Shown one piece after another: positions 46,004 to 56,517 of a stretch of DNA of 59,406 nucleotides. Position 1 is the stretch's first letter. Each line of letters starts with the position of its first letter. The stretch is from assembly GCA_964427675.1 (NCBI GenBank), contig CAYRVN010000002.1, positions 1-59,406 on the forward strand, given 5' to 3'. The position numbers and the translations under genes are program-made. The notes beneath the pieces were generated by a model. It was not told the origin of the DNA, made no database searches, and saw nothing but the letters and a program-made list of their open reading frames with translations. The DNA is from an uncultured Acidaminococcales bacterium. GTDB lineage: Bacteria; Bacillota; Negativicutes; Acidaminococcales; Acidaminococcaceae.

Positions 46004-46357
46004 ATGCATGCCAGAGCAGCTTTTGGCCAATGGGGTGAGGATGAAGCCTGTAAGCATTTAAAGGCTCATGATTATAAAATAATTTGTCGTAACTATCGAT
46101 GTAGATTAGGCGAAATTGATATTATTGCCAATAAAAACTCAAATATAGTTTTTGTTGAAGTAAAAACACGCAAAACATTGAAATTTGGTATGCCAGCAGA
46201 AGCCGTGACAAAAGCTAAACAAGCAAAAATACACGCAACGGCTTTGCATTATTTGCAGGATAATCATCAGTATTATAAAAATTTTAGTTTTGATGTTATT
46301 GAAATATTGGTTGATGGTGATACATTCAGGCTTAACCATATACCAAATTGTTTTTAA
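46004..46357 (+). CDS. yraN: YraN family (UPF0102) endonuclease-like protein
   Basis: GEIDIIA...VFVEVKTR motif, 117 aa. Confidence 0.8.
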   Translation: MHARAAFGQWGEDEACKHLKAHDYKIICRNYRCRLGEIDIIANKNSNIVFVEVKTRKTLKFGMPAEAVTKAKQAKIHATALHYLQDNHQYYKNFSFDVIEILVDGDTFRLNHIPNCF

Positions 46358-46379
46358 TAAAAATTAGGTGGCGAATAAC

Positions 46380-47906
46380 ATGTATGCTAAAACCTTTGGG
46401 GAGACTACATGTGGTATTAACGGTGAAGAAATAATTGTAGAAGTTGATATTTCAAACGGGTTACCAGCTTTTGAACTGGTTGGGCTGCCAGATACAGCTG
46501 TAAGAGAGTCACGAGAACGAGTCAGAGCAGCTCTTAAAAATTCAGGCTATAAGTTCCCTACGACAAGAATAACAGTCAACCTGGCGCCTGCTGACTTTAA
46601 AAAAGATGGTTCAGGACTTGATTTGCCGATAGCCATAGGTATTTTATGCGGAAGCGGTCAAATAACGGCAGAAGCCATTTCCGACAAGGTTTTCGTTGGT
46701 GAACTTGCCTTGGACGGGAGTATCCGTGAAGTAAGCGGTATTTTACCGATGATAATTAAGGCTAAAGAAACTGGCAGAAAAGAAATATACATTCCACCAG
46801 GTAATGCGGCGGAAGGTGAATTGGTTGACGGCATAGAAGTTTTTGCACCGGAATCGTTGACACAACTCACTATGCATTTAGAAAAAACAGAAATCATTGC
46901 AGCATTGAATAAAAGAAAGATGAGCATTGAAAGCAATTGTGTTTATAATGTTGATTTTTCTGATGTTCAAGGTCAAGTTGTTGCGAAAAGAGCACTTGAA
47001 ATAGCTGCTGCAGGTGGACATAATGTGAGGATGGTGGGTGCTCCTGGAGCCGGCAAAACGATGCTCGCCAGACGATTACCGACTATTTTGCCGCCGATGA
47101 CAGAAGAAGAGGCTTTGGAAGTAACTAAAATATATAGCATTGCAGGGCTTTTAAACCGAAAACAGGGTTTAATTCTGGAAAGACCTTTTCGCAGCCCGCA
47201 TCATACCATTTCACATAGCGCCCTTATTGGGGGAGGCAGTATTCCTAAACCAGGAGAAGTTACATTAAGTCATAACGGAGTTTTATTTCTTGATGAATTG
47301 CCTGAATTCTCACGTATGGCGCTGGAAGTATTAAGGCAGCCTTTGGAAGATGGCTTTGTGACTATTAGCCGAGTACAAGCAACACTTTCTTTTCCGGCAA
47401 CGTTCATACTAGTGTCTGCCGAGAACCCATGTCCCTGTGGCTTTTACGGAGAAACAGATGGCATTCATGAATGCATCTGCCGCATCGGCGATATTGAACG
47501 TTATCATAAAAAAATTTCTGGCCCATTGCTTGATAGAATAGACATACAAATTCATGTGCCAAGGTTGGAATATAATGAAATGAAATCAGATAATCGTTCA
47601 GAGTGTTCAGCGGATATACGTAAAAGAGTCATTGCTGCAAGAAAATTGCAATTGAAAAGGCTTCAAGGTACGGGCTTGCATTGTAATGCAGAAATGAGCA
47701 GGCGTGAAATCAAGAAGAAATGTCATATGACACCACAGACCGAGCAGCTATTGCAAAAAGCATTTGTAACCCTGGGCTTGAGTGCACGTAGCCATGACAG
47801 GATAATCAAGGTTGCGCAAACAATTGCTGATTTAGAGCATAGTGATGTCATTAATACATTTCATTTGGCTGAGGCAATTGAACTGAGAACAATATCTAAA
47901 GGATAA
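46380..47906 (+). CDS. comM: Mg-chelatase-like AAA+ ATPase ComM/YifB
   Basis: Lon-like N-domain, GAPGAGKTMLARRL, LFLDELPEF. Start ATG 46380 behind AGGTGG. Confidence 0.85.
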   Translation: MYAKTFGETTCGINGEEIIVEVDISNGLPAFELVGLPDTAVRESRERVRAALKNSGYKFPTTRITVNLAPADFKKDGSGLDLPIAIGILCGSGQITAEAISDKVFVGELALDGSIREVSGILPMIIKAKETGRKEIYIPPGNAAEGELVDGIEVFAPESLTQLTMHLEKTEIIAALNKRKMSIESNCVYNVDFSDVQGQVVAKRALEIAAAGGHNVRMVGAPGAGKTMLARRLPTILPPMTEEEALEVTKIYSIAGLLNRKQGLILERPFRSPHHTISHSALIGGGSIPKPGEVTLSHNGVLFLDELPEFSRMALEVLRQPLEDGFVTISRVQATLSFPATFILVSAENPCPCGFYGETDGIHECICRIGDIERYHKKISGPLLDRIDIQIHVPRLEYNEMKSDNRSECSADIRKRVIAARKLQLKRLQGTGLHCNAEMSRREIKKKCHMTPQTEQLLQKAFVTLGLSARSHDRIIKVAQTIADLEHSDVINTFHLAEAIELRTISKG

Positions 47907-48007
47907 CTTCTATATTGAAAGAGTTGCTCACATCTGTTAGTATTTATTTGATAAAAAATTATTTGCTTTCAGAATATATACATATAGCATGTAAAGGTGG
48001 ATGGAAA

Positions 48008-48910
48008 TTGATTAAAGGCACAACAAAAAAATCTAACATTGAGGATATCCTAGAGGCTATACATGTATTAGAAAATATTTATGATGTTGTTAGGATTGTA
48101 GATCCTGTGCAGAATCAAGTTATCCACTTGAAAACTAATAGTATACCTATCACATACAGCGATGAGTCTTGTTATGGCTTGTGGGAAAAAGGTCGTTTTT
48201 GTGAAAACTGTATTTCTCTGAGAGCAGTGACGGAAATGGGTACTTTTGTTAAATTCGAAGTTGTTAATGAACGTATTTATATGATTACAGCGAGTCCAGT
48301 AGAACATCAGGATGGACACTATGCGATAGAAATGTTAAACGATATTACGGACAAAAGTATTCTGGAAAGCATTATTGGTAATGATAAAAAAGATTTTACC
48401 AGTTTTGTTCTCAAATTTAACGATGCTCTGGTCCGTGATGAACTAACGCAACTTTTTAATCGACGCTATATAAATGAAAGATTGCCTGTAGAGATATTTC
48501 AAAGTTTGGCTATGAAAAAAAGAGTAACATTGATTATGGCAGACATAGATGAATTCAAAAATATGAATGATCAACATGGTCATATTGCAGGAGATATGGT
48601 TCTACAAACATTTGCAAACTTGTTAGCAAGAGGCTTGCGTAGTACAGATGATTGGGCAGCTCGCTATGGAGGAGAAGAATTTTTGCTTTGTCTGCATGAT
48701 GTTAATGATGACGAGGCATTGGAAGTATCAGAACAAGTACGTTCGTTAGTCGAAAATACCAAATTTAAAATTCCAAACGGAACCGTTAATATTACTTGCA
48801 GTTTGGGAATATGCACACTTAGCGTCGGGATGAATATGCAAGAATGGATAGATGGTGCTGATAAAAAACTCTATTTGGCAAAGTCAATTGGTGGCAATAA
48901 AGTATTCTAA
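48008..48910 (+). CDS. Diguanylate cyclase (GGDEF) with N-terminal Cys-containing PAS-like sensor
   Basis: RYGGEEF active-site motif. FNRRYINE and ADIDEFKNMND are typical GGDEF blocks. Start is ambiguous: TTG 48008 behind AAAGGTGGA is preferred, and TTG 47915 is the ORF-track alternative. Confidence 0.8.
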   Translation: MIKGTTKKSNIEDILEAIHVLENIYDVVRIVDPVQNQVIHLKTNSIPITYSDESCYGLWEKGRFCENCISLRAVTEMGTFVKFEVVNERIYMITASPVEHQDGHYAIEMLNDITDKSILESIIGNDKKDFTSFVLKFNDALVRDELTQLFNRRYINERLPVEIFQSLAMKKRVTLIMADIDEFKNMNDQHGHIAGDMVLQTFANLLARGLRSTDDWAARYGGEEFLLCLHDVNDDEALEVSEQVRSLVENTKFKIPNGTVNITCSLGICTLSVGMNMQEWIDGADKKLYLAKSIGGNKVF

Positions 48911-49067
48911 TATGATGGCATAAGCAAATATTGTGGATTCGCTATAGTATTTTAGTAATATAAGTATTTTGCCAGTAGAGTTATTATACATATTTATATG
49001 CAATAAAATTTGCGACTTAAAATTAACCAGAACAAAAGATATTATTGCTTATATAAAATATCTGCTA

Positions 49068-49994
49068 TTATTCAGATGATTTTACGCTAAAGAAAAATTG
49101 AAAGAGATAACTACCGAAATTAGAAATTATTAGACCTAGAATTACTATAATGCAGCCAAGCCATTGTATCGGCAAAAGGCGCTCTCCTAAGATCAATTGT
49201 GCTGTAATAAGACCTGTTATTGGTACCAAAAGAGATAGTGGCGCAACTTTACCAGCGGGGTATTTGGCAAGTAAATGACTCCAAAGACCAAATCCAAATA
49301 AAGTAGCCAAAAAAGATAGATAGAGGATCGAGAAAATGGACTGACCGCTTAAACTAAAAACTATATTTATAAGATTAGCCGGTGTATCAGAAATCAGGGC
49401 AAACATGAAGAGCGGTAGCGGCGGCACAAGACTTGACCAAACGACTAAACCAAGCATATCAATATTTTTCCCTTGAACAGCAGCATGTTTTGAAGCAAAT
49501 CTGACAATTATATTGGAAATACCCCAAAACGCTGCGGCCAGAAGTGTCAAAAATAATGCTACAAGCGGGAGTGATGATATTTGACCAGATCCGATGTTGC
49601 CGCTAATGAAGAAAAGACCGATAGCCGCTATTACAAGACCCAAGACATGGAAAATTCTCAGAGGTTCCTTCAATAAGACAGCAGCAAAGATTAGCGTAAA
49701 GAATACTTGTGATTGCAGGATAACTGAAGATGTGCCAGCAGGCATACCAATATTCATTGCGTAAAATAAAAAGGAAAATTGGCCAACCCCTACAGCCATG
49801 CCATAAGCAAAAATATATTTCCAACCGATATCAGGACGTTTGACAAAAAATATTGCAGGAACAGCAGCAAAAGTGTAACGTAGGGCAACCAATAACATTG
49901 GAGGCAGTCCGGCAAGGCCTAATTTTATGACAGTAAAGTTCGCCCCCCAAACGATGACAACCAGTAAAGCAAGTATCAAATCACGTCTTTTCAT
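49068..49994 (-). CDS. EamA/DMT-family transporter
   Basis: 10 predicted TM segments in two EamA halves. N-terminus MKRRDLILALLVVIVWGANFTVIKLG. Confidence 0.8.
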   Translation of the reverse strand: MKRRDLILALLVVIVWGANFTVIKLGLAGLPPMLLVALRYTFAAVPAIFFVKRPDIGWKYIFAYGMAVGVGQFSFLFYAMNIGMPAGTSSVILQSQVFFTLIFAAVLLKEPLRIFHVLGLVIAAIGLFFISGNIGSGQISSLPLVALFLTLLAAAFWGISNIIVRFASKHAAVQGKNIDMLGLVVWSSLVPPLPLFMFALISDTPANLINIVFSLSGQSIFSILYLSFLATLFGFGLWSHLLAKYPAGKVAPLSLLVPITGLITAQLILGERLLPIQWLGCIIVILGLIISNFGSYLFQFFFSVKSSE

Positions 49995-50330
49995 AATTCT
50001 CGCATTAACTCCTTATAATGTATAAATATTACTGTTTTAAGTAATAAAGGTTCTTAGTAATATATGGGATTACCTCCAGACTTTAATATGACGCTTTTAA
50101 GTTATTTGAGTATATTATAATTATATTTAAAGTGTTCAACAAGGAACAGATATTAACAATTTTCAGAGTGACTAATAAATTGCAAAGTTACTTGCCGGCT
50201 TGATGCTGCTATATAAAGTTACAATTTGCATGGATAAAAGGATAGCATCGTAATTACAAAAAAACAATAGGTTTATGCATAAAACTAATAAATATACCGC
50301 TATAATGTTTAAGTATATAGTGTACATTGC

Positions 50331-50369
50331 AAAAATATCCTTGCCAGTAAGTTGGTCAAGGATATTTTT
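50331..50369 (-). terminator. Intrinsic terminator of nadE
   Basis: 13-bp stem AAAAATATCCTTG / CAAGGATATTTTT. On the minus strand the hairpin is followed by TTTTTGC. It begins 6 nt after the nadE stop. Confidence 0.65.
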
Positions 50370-50374
50370 AAGCA

Positions 50375-52267
50375 TTAGTTTTTAAGCAGTTCATCTTTTA
50401 ACTTATAATAGTCGATTGAGAAATAAGGCGAGAGCTGTGCTTCGCGGTGGTCATAACCATAGGCACGACGGCTGAGGCTTATGATCGGAGGTGCCTGAAT
50501 TCTTTTTGCCACTGCAAAACCACTGAAAAGTTTCCACCAACGTTCTAAATCATCAATAAAGGCTTTAGTAGTTGGAAAAGTTCTCGAAAGAATTCCCTTT
50601 TGGCAGCCAATTATTTCTTCCAAAGTTCCTTCCTTATACCAGCACAAGATATCACGGGGAGAGGCCTTGTCCCATTTTTCAATAAAGGCTCTGAACAAAT
50701 AATCGTGATATTCATAAACAATAGGATCGCCTCCGACCCCAACAGTTTGCTCTGCTGATAGTTCGGCGCTTGGAGAAATAGCGAAAATTTCATCAGGTAT
50801 TACTTTTCGTTCATAAATTTTGTCATTAAGATAATGAGCCAGTTCATAAACCTGATTTTTCCATAAGTCACCAATCATTGCTATGACACCAGCCAAATCA
50901 CCATAAAAAGTTGCATAACCAACGGTAATTTCTGCTTTATTAGAGTTGCAGGAGAAGCCACCGCCAAAGGCAGAAGCTAATGCAGCCAGTATGCGTGTAC
51001 GGTCGCGCGCCTGAATATTTTCCCGTGCCAGCGAGGAGAGTTCTAATGAAAAAGTGGAGCTCGAATCATAATCGTGTATTTGTGTCTGTGTTATCTGTGC
51101 ATTTGTATGATCAACACTTTCTTGAATAGGTATAATGCAATATTTGCATTTTAGTGATTTAGCAATTTTTAAGGCCAGATTTTTGGTTAGCGGTGCATTA
51201 TATTGTGAAGGAATATTAACCAGCAACACATTGGCTGGACCTAATAGATGAACGTAAAAGGCCGCCGTCAAGGCGGAATCAATACCGCCTGAAATACCAA
51301 TCGTCATCTTGTTAATGCCGATTTGTTTTAAAAACTTTCGTGTGCCATAACTAATAGCATTATAAATTTCTGCAATTTCGCTGTAATGATTGTGAAGGTG
51401 GCTTTCAGTTGTAAAGAGTTTAGTTTCTGGTTCAAAAATAGTAGTAAGAAAATGTTCTTCATAGGCAGGAGAATCGGTTAATAATGTACCATCATTTTGA
51501 TATGCACAGCTGCAACCGTCAAAAGTAAAAATATTTTTCCCATTATTTTGAACGCCAACATTATTGCAATAAAGCAAAGGCAAGTGACACTCTTTGGCTT
51601 GCTCGCCAAAAATCTGGTGTCTTTTTGGATTTTTTTGCAGTGAAAAAGGTGAACACGATATGTTACAAAGAACATCTGCGCCGTTTTTAGCCAAGAGTTT
51701 AGGAATATTGATTGAATAGTTTGTTGTCCAGCCATCTTCGCAGAGCATTATGCCTAGGTTAAAGCTTTGGCCGCGAATAGAGATATTAATAGGCTTTACT
51801 AACTCCTCAATAGGCACGGCTAATTCTTCACGTAATTTACGCAGGCTGTGAAAATATCTGCTATCATCAAATTCCCTGTAATTTGGTAAAGCTGTTTTAA
51901 CAATGAACGGATAAGGTAAGGCGCCTTTAAGCAACTTACCGTTTTGGGCAATAAAGGCGGCATTATATTTACGTGTACGGCCATCTTCATTATGTTTGTC
52001 TTTATCGAGCGCTATATTACCGAATACGACGCAGATTTTTTCGGTAGCAGCAATAATTCGATTGCCATACTCAATGCAGTCATCTAGAAAAGCCGGCTGT
52101 TCCCATAAATCGCCTAAAAAATAGCCTGGGATTGCTAGCTCAGGTAGTATCAGGATGTCTATATTTTCTGCTTTAGCTTTATCAATTGCATCAATTATTG
52201 TAACAAAGTTAATATCCGGTCTTCCCGGTACAACTTCTATCTGTGCACATGCAAACCTTACGGTCAT
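50375..52267 (-). CDS. nadE: Glutamine-dependent NAD+ synthetase (CN-hydrolase + NAD synthase domains)
   Basis: N-terminal nitrilase-type ILPELAIPGY...MLCEDGW. C-terminal PP-loop GISGGIDSAL. Confidence 0.9.
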   Translation of the reverse strand: MTVRFACAQIEVVPGRPDINFVTIIDAIDKAKAENIDILILPELAIPGYFLGDLWEQPAFLDDCIEYGNRIIAATEKICVVFGNIALDKDKHNEDGRTRKYNAAFIAQNGKLLKGALPYPFIVKTALPNYREFDDSRYFHSLRKLREELAVPIEELVKPINISIRGQSFNLGIMLCEDGWTTNYSINIPKLLAKNGADVLCNISCSPFSLQKNPKRHQIFGEQAKECHLPLLYCNNVGVQNNGKNIFTFDGCSCAYQNDGTLLTDSPAYEEHFLTTIFEPETKLFTTESHLHNHYSEIAEIYNAISYGTRKFLKQIGINKMTIGISGGIDSALTAAFYVHLLGPANVLLVNIPSQYNAPLTKNLALKIAKSLKCKYCIIPIQESVDHTNAQITQTQIHDYDSSSTFSLELSSLARENIQARDRTRILAALASAFGGGFSCNSNKAEITVGYATFYGDLAGVIAMIGDLWKNQVYELAHYLNDKIYERKVIPDEIFAISPSAELSAEQTVGVGGDPIVYEYHDYLFRAFIEKWDKASPRDILCWYKEGTLEEIIGCQKGILSRTFPTTKAFIDDLERWWKLFSGFAVAKRIQAPPIISLSRRAYGYDHREAQLSPYFSIDYYKLKDELLKN

Positions 52268-52468
52268 GTTTTCTTAACACCTCTTTTAATTTTTCGAAAT
52301 AATTGTGTGACAGCAATCGAAATGCTACACTTTTAACTGATGTGATAAAAAATAAGGATAGATTTAAACAATTGCTTTTAATGACTAGCTTAAAATGATA
52401 TGATAACTATTATATCAAAATACAGTGTTTATTACCATTAGATTGGTTCCTGGGATAAGAGGTGGCCT

Positions 52469-52954
52469 ATGAAAATTAAAAAAACGAATGCTTCGCGTAT
52501 TTTAGATAATATGAAAATTGCCTATAGATTATTGGAATATGAAGTTGATGAAAATAATCTTGATGCTGTTCATGTTGCAAATTCTGTTGGGATGCCATGC
52601 TCGCAAGTTTTTAAAACCTTGTGTGTAAATGGAGACAAGACAGGCGTAGTTTTTGCATGCATACCTGGGGATCATGAGCTGGATTTGAAGGCTTTGGCTA
52701 AAATCAGTGGCAATAAGCGGACAGAACTTGTTGCACTAAAAGAAGTATTACCGCTTACAGGTTATATACGTGGCGGCGTTTCTCCGTTGGGTGCGAAAAA
52801 GCCTTACCCTGTCTTTTTGGATGTTACGGCAAGTAACTGGGAAGAAATTTCCATAAGTGCAGGACAGAGAGGATTACAGATTATTCTTGCTCCATCTGCT
52901 CTCCAGGCGGCAACAAAAGCTAAGGTCGCAGCCTTAACTATGCAGAAGTGTTAG
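52469..52954 (+). CDS. ybaK: Cys-tRNA(Pro)/Cys-tRNA(Cys) deacylase YbaK
   Basis: [37 protein letters not shown]. Confidence 0.85.
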   Translation: MKIKKTNASRILDNMKIAYRLLEYEVDENNLDAVHVANSVGMPCSQVFKTLCVNGDKTGVVFACIPGDHELDLKALAKISGNKRTELVALKEVLPLTGYIRGGVSPLGAKKPYPVFLDVTASNWEEISISAGQRGLQIILAPSALQAATKAKVAALTMQKC

Positions 52955-53037
52955 TGCTTCTAATTTATTGCAGTCTTAAGAGCTATATGCTATTATAGAA
53001 ATGCTATTAACATGATTAGAAAGTAGGTATGTAGGCA

Positions 53038-54534
53038 ATGTTATATACAAGTACTCGTGGGCAAACCGATATGGTTTGTTCTGCACATGCTATCACACGT
53101 GGCTTGGCTGATGACGGTGGTTTGTTTGTGCCACAAAAGTTTGCAACACTTACACTGGACGAAATCGTTGCAATGAGCGAATTGCCTTATGCTGAGCGCG
53201 CAGCTAAAATTCTATCTTTCTTTTTGACGGATTATACTGAAGAGGAACTTCTGGCTTGCACTTCTGCCGCATACTCGGAAGAGAGATTCGGCGGTTTTGC
53301 TGCTCCTTTGAAACAAGTTAAAGACAAAATAGCTGTGCTTGAATTGTGGCATGGTCCCACATCGGCTTTTAAAGATATGGCCCTGCAATTATTGCCGCAT
53401 CTTTTAATGAAAGCTATTGAAAAAACCGGCGAGCAGAATGACATAGTTATATTGGTTGCTACATCTGGCGACACCGGCAAAGCGGCTTTAGAAGGTTTTG
53501 CTGATGTTAAAGGCACACAAATTATAATCTTTTATCCTGATGATGGGGTAAGTGATATTCAGAAGCGTCAGATGATTACACAACAAGGCGGCAACGTTAA
53601 TGTTATTGCAGTGCATGGTAATTTTGATGATGCGCAGTCTGGTGTAAAAGAGATTTTTTCTGATGAAAATCTGATGGAGGAGTTGAAAGAAAAAGGTTAT
53701 GCTTTTTCTTCTGCTAATTCTATCAATTGGGGTCGTTTAGCACCACAGATAGTTTATTATTTCAGTGCCTATGCGGACGCTGTTAAGGCGGGTCACATTG
53801 TTGCTGGTGAGGAAATAAATTTCTCCGTACCTACAGGAAACTTTGGCGATATTCTGGCCGGCTATTACGCAAAATGTATGGGTTTACCGGTTCATCGCTT
53901 GATTTGCGCTTCTAATACCAATAATGTTTTATCTGTTTTCTTAAATTCTGGCAAGTATGATAGACGTCGCGAATTCCATAAGACGATATCGCCATCTATG
54001 GATATTTTAATATCCAGTAATCTTGAACGCCTTCTTTATCAGATTACCGAAGAAGACGCAAGTAAAGTGGCTAATTGGATGAAAGAACTTAAAGAAGATG
54101 GTTTTTATGATGTCGGCGGCAAAGTTCTTGCAAAGATTCAGAAAACATTTTTTGGTACCTGGGTAGATGAAATTGAAACCAAAGAAACAATTTGCAATGT
54201 TTTCAGAGATAAGAACTATTTGCTTGATCCTCATACGGCAGTAGCATGGAGAGCCTGTGAAAAGTACAGGATGCTTTCTTCGGACGAAAAGTATTGTATT
54301 GTCTTGTCAACAGCCAGCCCCTATAAATTTAATGTTTCTGTTTTGGAAGCGATTAAACCAGACATTTCGGCTAAGGAGTTAGATCCTTTTGCAGCTTTGC
54401 ATCTTTTATCAGAGGTTAGTGGCACAGTAGTTCCAAAACCACTTGCGGAGTTAGAGCAAAAACCTATTTTGCATAATGAGCAAATTGAAAAGAATAAGAT
54501 GAAAGATACCGTCTTAAAAATTTTAAAGTTATAA
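53038..54534 (+). CDS. thrC: Threonine synthase (long form)
   Basis: LWHGPTSAFKDMALQ PLP-lysine motif, SGDTGKAA, 498 aa. Confidence 0.9.
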   Translation: MLYTSTRGQTDMVCSAHAITRGLADDGGLFVPQKFATLTLDEIVAMSELPYAERAAKILSFFLTDYTEEELLACTSAAYSEERFGGFAAPLKQVKDKIAVLELWHGPTSAFKDMALQLLPHLLMKAIEKTGEQNDIVILVATSGDTGKAALEGFADVKGTQIIIFYPDDGVSDIQKRQMITQQGGNVNVIAVHGNFDDAQSGVKEIFSDENLMEELKEKGYAFSSANSINWGRLAPQIVYYFSAYADAVKAGHIVAGEEINFSVPTGNFGDILAGYYAKCMGLPVHRLICASNTNNVLSVFLNSGKYDRRREFHKTISPSMDILISSNLERLLYQITEEDASKVANWMKELKEDGFYDVGGKVLAKIQKTFFGTWVDEIETKETICNVFRDKNYLLDPHTAVAWRACEKYRMLSSDEKYCIVLSTASPYKFNVSVLEAIKPDISAKELDPFAALHLLSEVSGTVVPKPLAELEQKPILHNEQIEKNKMKDTVLKILKL

Positions 54535-54555
54535 AAGTTATTGGAAAATAAATTA

Positions 54556-54601
54556 AATAGGAGTAAGTAACCTTCAATCGGTTACTTACTCCTATTTTTT
54601 G
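54556..54601. terminator. Bidirectional terminator between thrC and pepF
   Basis: Perfect 17-bp stem AATAGGAGTAAGTAACC / GGTTACTTACTCCTATT with a 7-nt loop, followed by TTTTT. Confidence 0.8.
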
Positions 54602-56431
54602 TCATTCTTCGTCTAATAGAGCCTTAAGCTCTGTCAGTTTTTCTTTAAATTTCTTTAATGTGTACTCGATAGGCATCGGCGTATTTAAGTCTACACCAGC
54701 TTTTTGCAGCAAAGACAGTGAATAGTCGCTGCCGCCGGAACTCAAGAATTGTAAATATTGTTCTTTTGCCTCGGGTTTGTTTTGGATAATTAAATCGGCA
54801 AAAGTAGTGGCGGCCGAATAACCTGTTGCATATTTATAAACGTAGAAAGGTGTATAAAAGTGGGGGATTCGTGACCATTCTGCACTGAGTTCCTGATCTA
54901 AAGTTAACGATTCACCATAATACTTTTTGTTCAACTCAAGCCACAATTCTTCAAGATTTTTGGCAACAAGGGTTTTGCCAGCGCCAATTTCTTCATGAAT
55001 ACACTTTTCAAATTCGGCAAATTGTACTTGGCGATATACGGTTGTGCGAACTGCTTCCAAAAATTGGTTGAGAAGATATATTTTCTGATCCTTATCGGCT
55101 TTTTTAAGCATATGTTCTAAGAGTAATATTTCATTAGTTGTTGAAGCAACTTCAGCACAGAAGATAGAATAATCAGAGTTGATATATGTCTGATTTTTGC
55201 TGCTCAAATAGCTATGCATAGCGTGGCCCATTTCATGAGCTATGGTAGAAACACTGTTGTAGCGAGGTTGATAATTCAAAAGCACAAAGGGATGCACGCC
55301 ATAAATGCCCCAGGAATAAGCTCCCGAGCGTTTACCCTTATTTTCATAGATATCAATCCAACCAGAGGAAAAGCCTTCCGACAATTTCTCGCAATAGGAG
55401 TCGCCAAGAGGAGCAAGAGCAGCTTGCACGATTGTACAGGCTTCAGGATATGTATAGGAGAACGTATCAGCGTTTTCTTTTGCTAAAGAAACATACAGAT
55501 CGAAGGCATGGAATTCGCTCAGAGCAAGTTTTTCCTTTTTCAGGGTGATGTAGTCATGCAGAGGCTCTAAGTTGGCGTGAATGGTATTGATTAAATTGTC
55601 ATATAAGCTTACGGGAATATTGTCTTCGGCCAGGCTGGCTGATAAGGTATCCGGGTAATTGTGTATTGTTGCATAAAAATTGGCACTGCGGCAGTTGCCG
55701 GCAAGTGAAGCGGCTAACGTATTGCGATATTGCTTATAAGTACCCATCAGTGATTTAAAAGTGTTTTCGCGTAGTGTTCTGTCGCGGGAAGTCATGTTTA
55801 AAAGATAGCTGCCTTCGCTAACCGCATGACTCGATCCTTTACTGTCGGTTGCGGATGAAAAGCTGATATCAGCACCGATAAGGATTCTAAAAATGTTTTC
55901 GGCTGCACTTGTTGATAATCTACTTCTTGAAAGGATTTCTTCCTCGCGAGCAGGCAAGACATGTGTGGCTTTGCGCATCAAATCTTCCAGATAATGTTTG
56001 TATTGGCGAAATTCTGGATTGATTTTCTCTAACGCATCAAAAGAAAGATCTTTTTGCGCTAAAATTTCTGGTTCAATAAAAGATATTGCATTATAGTAAT
56101 CAGCCGTTATATTTTCCGCAATGCCTACTAATTCCTGGAAATTCTGGTCCGCATTATCAGTATCTCTTTGCAGCCTCGTGTAGGCATATATTTTTTCAAT
56201 GCCTTGAGAGAGTTCATCGCGCAAAGCAAGGCAACTAAAAAGGTTTTCGGTCTCATGAAGTTTTCCTTTAAAAGCCGACAAATCAGTTAATCTGTTCTTC
56301 AATGTTTTGCAGGTTTCTTCCCATTCTGAAAGGCTTGCAAAAATATCTTCTATGTGCCATTTTTGTGTTTTTGGGATATCATGTCTTAATACATCGCTGC
56401 CATGTTTTGGTATTATGTTAGTAGTATTCAT
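54602..56431 (-). CDS. pepF: Oligoendopeptidase F (M3B)
   Basis: HEMGHAMH zinc motif, 609 aa. Confidence 0.9.
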   Translation of the reverse strand: MNTTNIIPKHGSDVLRHDIPKTQKWHIEDIFASLSEWEETCKTLKNRLTDLSAFKGKLHETENLFSCLALRDELSQGIEKIYAYTRLQRDTDNADQNFQELVGIAENITADYYNAISFIEPEILAQKDLSFDALEKINPEFRQYKHYLEDLMRKATHVLPAREEEILSRSRLSTSAAENIFRILIGADISFSSATDSKGSSHAVSEGSYLLNMTSRDRTLRENTFKSLMGTYKQYRNTLAASLAGNCRSANFYATIHNYPDTLSASLAEDNIPVSLYDNLINTIHANLEPLHDYITLKKEKLALSEFHAFDLYVSLAKENADTFSYTYPEACTIVQAALAPLGDSYCEKLSEGFSSGWIDIYENKGKRSGAYSWGIYGVHPFVLLNYQPRYNSVSTIAHEMGHAMHSYLSSKNQTYINSDYSIFCAEVASTTNEILLLEHMLKKADKDQKIYLLNQFLEAVRTTVYRQVQFAEFEKCIHEEIGAGKTLVAKNLEELWLELNKKYYGESLTLDQELSAEWSRIPHFYTPFYVYKYATGYSAATTFADLIIQNKPEAKEQYLQFLSSGGSDYSLSLLQKAGVDLNTPMPIEYTLKKFKEKLTELKALLDEE

Positions 56432-56517
56432 ATTCTTATCACTCCTTGCAAAAATTACTGGACAATACTATCATTATAGCACAGAGAAAGAATATTTCAT
56501 TTTGGAAGGATAGAATA

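Noticed and set aside
48911-49067. The convergent intergenic region between the GGDEF gene and eamA, inspected for ncRNA or terminators.
   Set aside because: Only a weak 7-bp all-AT stem (AGATATT/AATATCT near 49037-49063) was found. That is not enough for a confident call.
50184-50221. A direct repeat of AAAGTTAC spaced 30 nt apart, upstream of eamA.
   Set aside because: An 8-mer recurring in AT-rich DNA is expected by chance, and there is no supporting symmetry or conservation evidence.
50172-50375. A 67-aa hydrophobic ORF on the minus strand whose ATG overlaps the nadE stop (TAATG). It looked like a coupled small membrane protein.
   Set aside because: There is no Shine-Dalgarno sequence. 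The nadE intrinsic terminator hairpin (50331-50369) lies inside its first 15 codons, so transcription should stop there. The region is AT-rich, which favours spurious hydrophobic ORFs.
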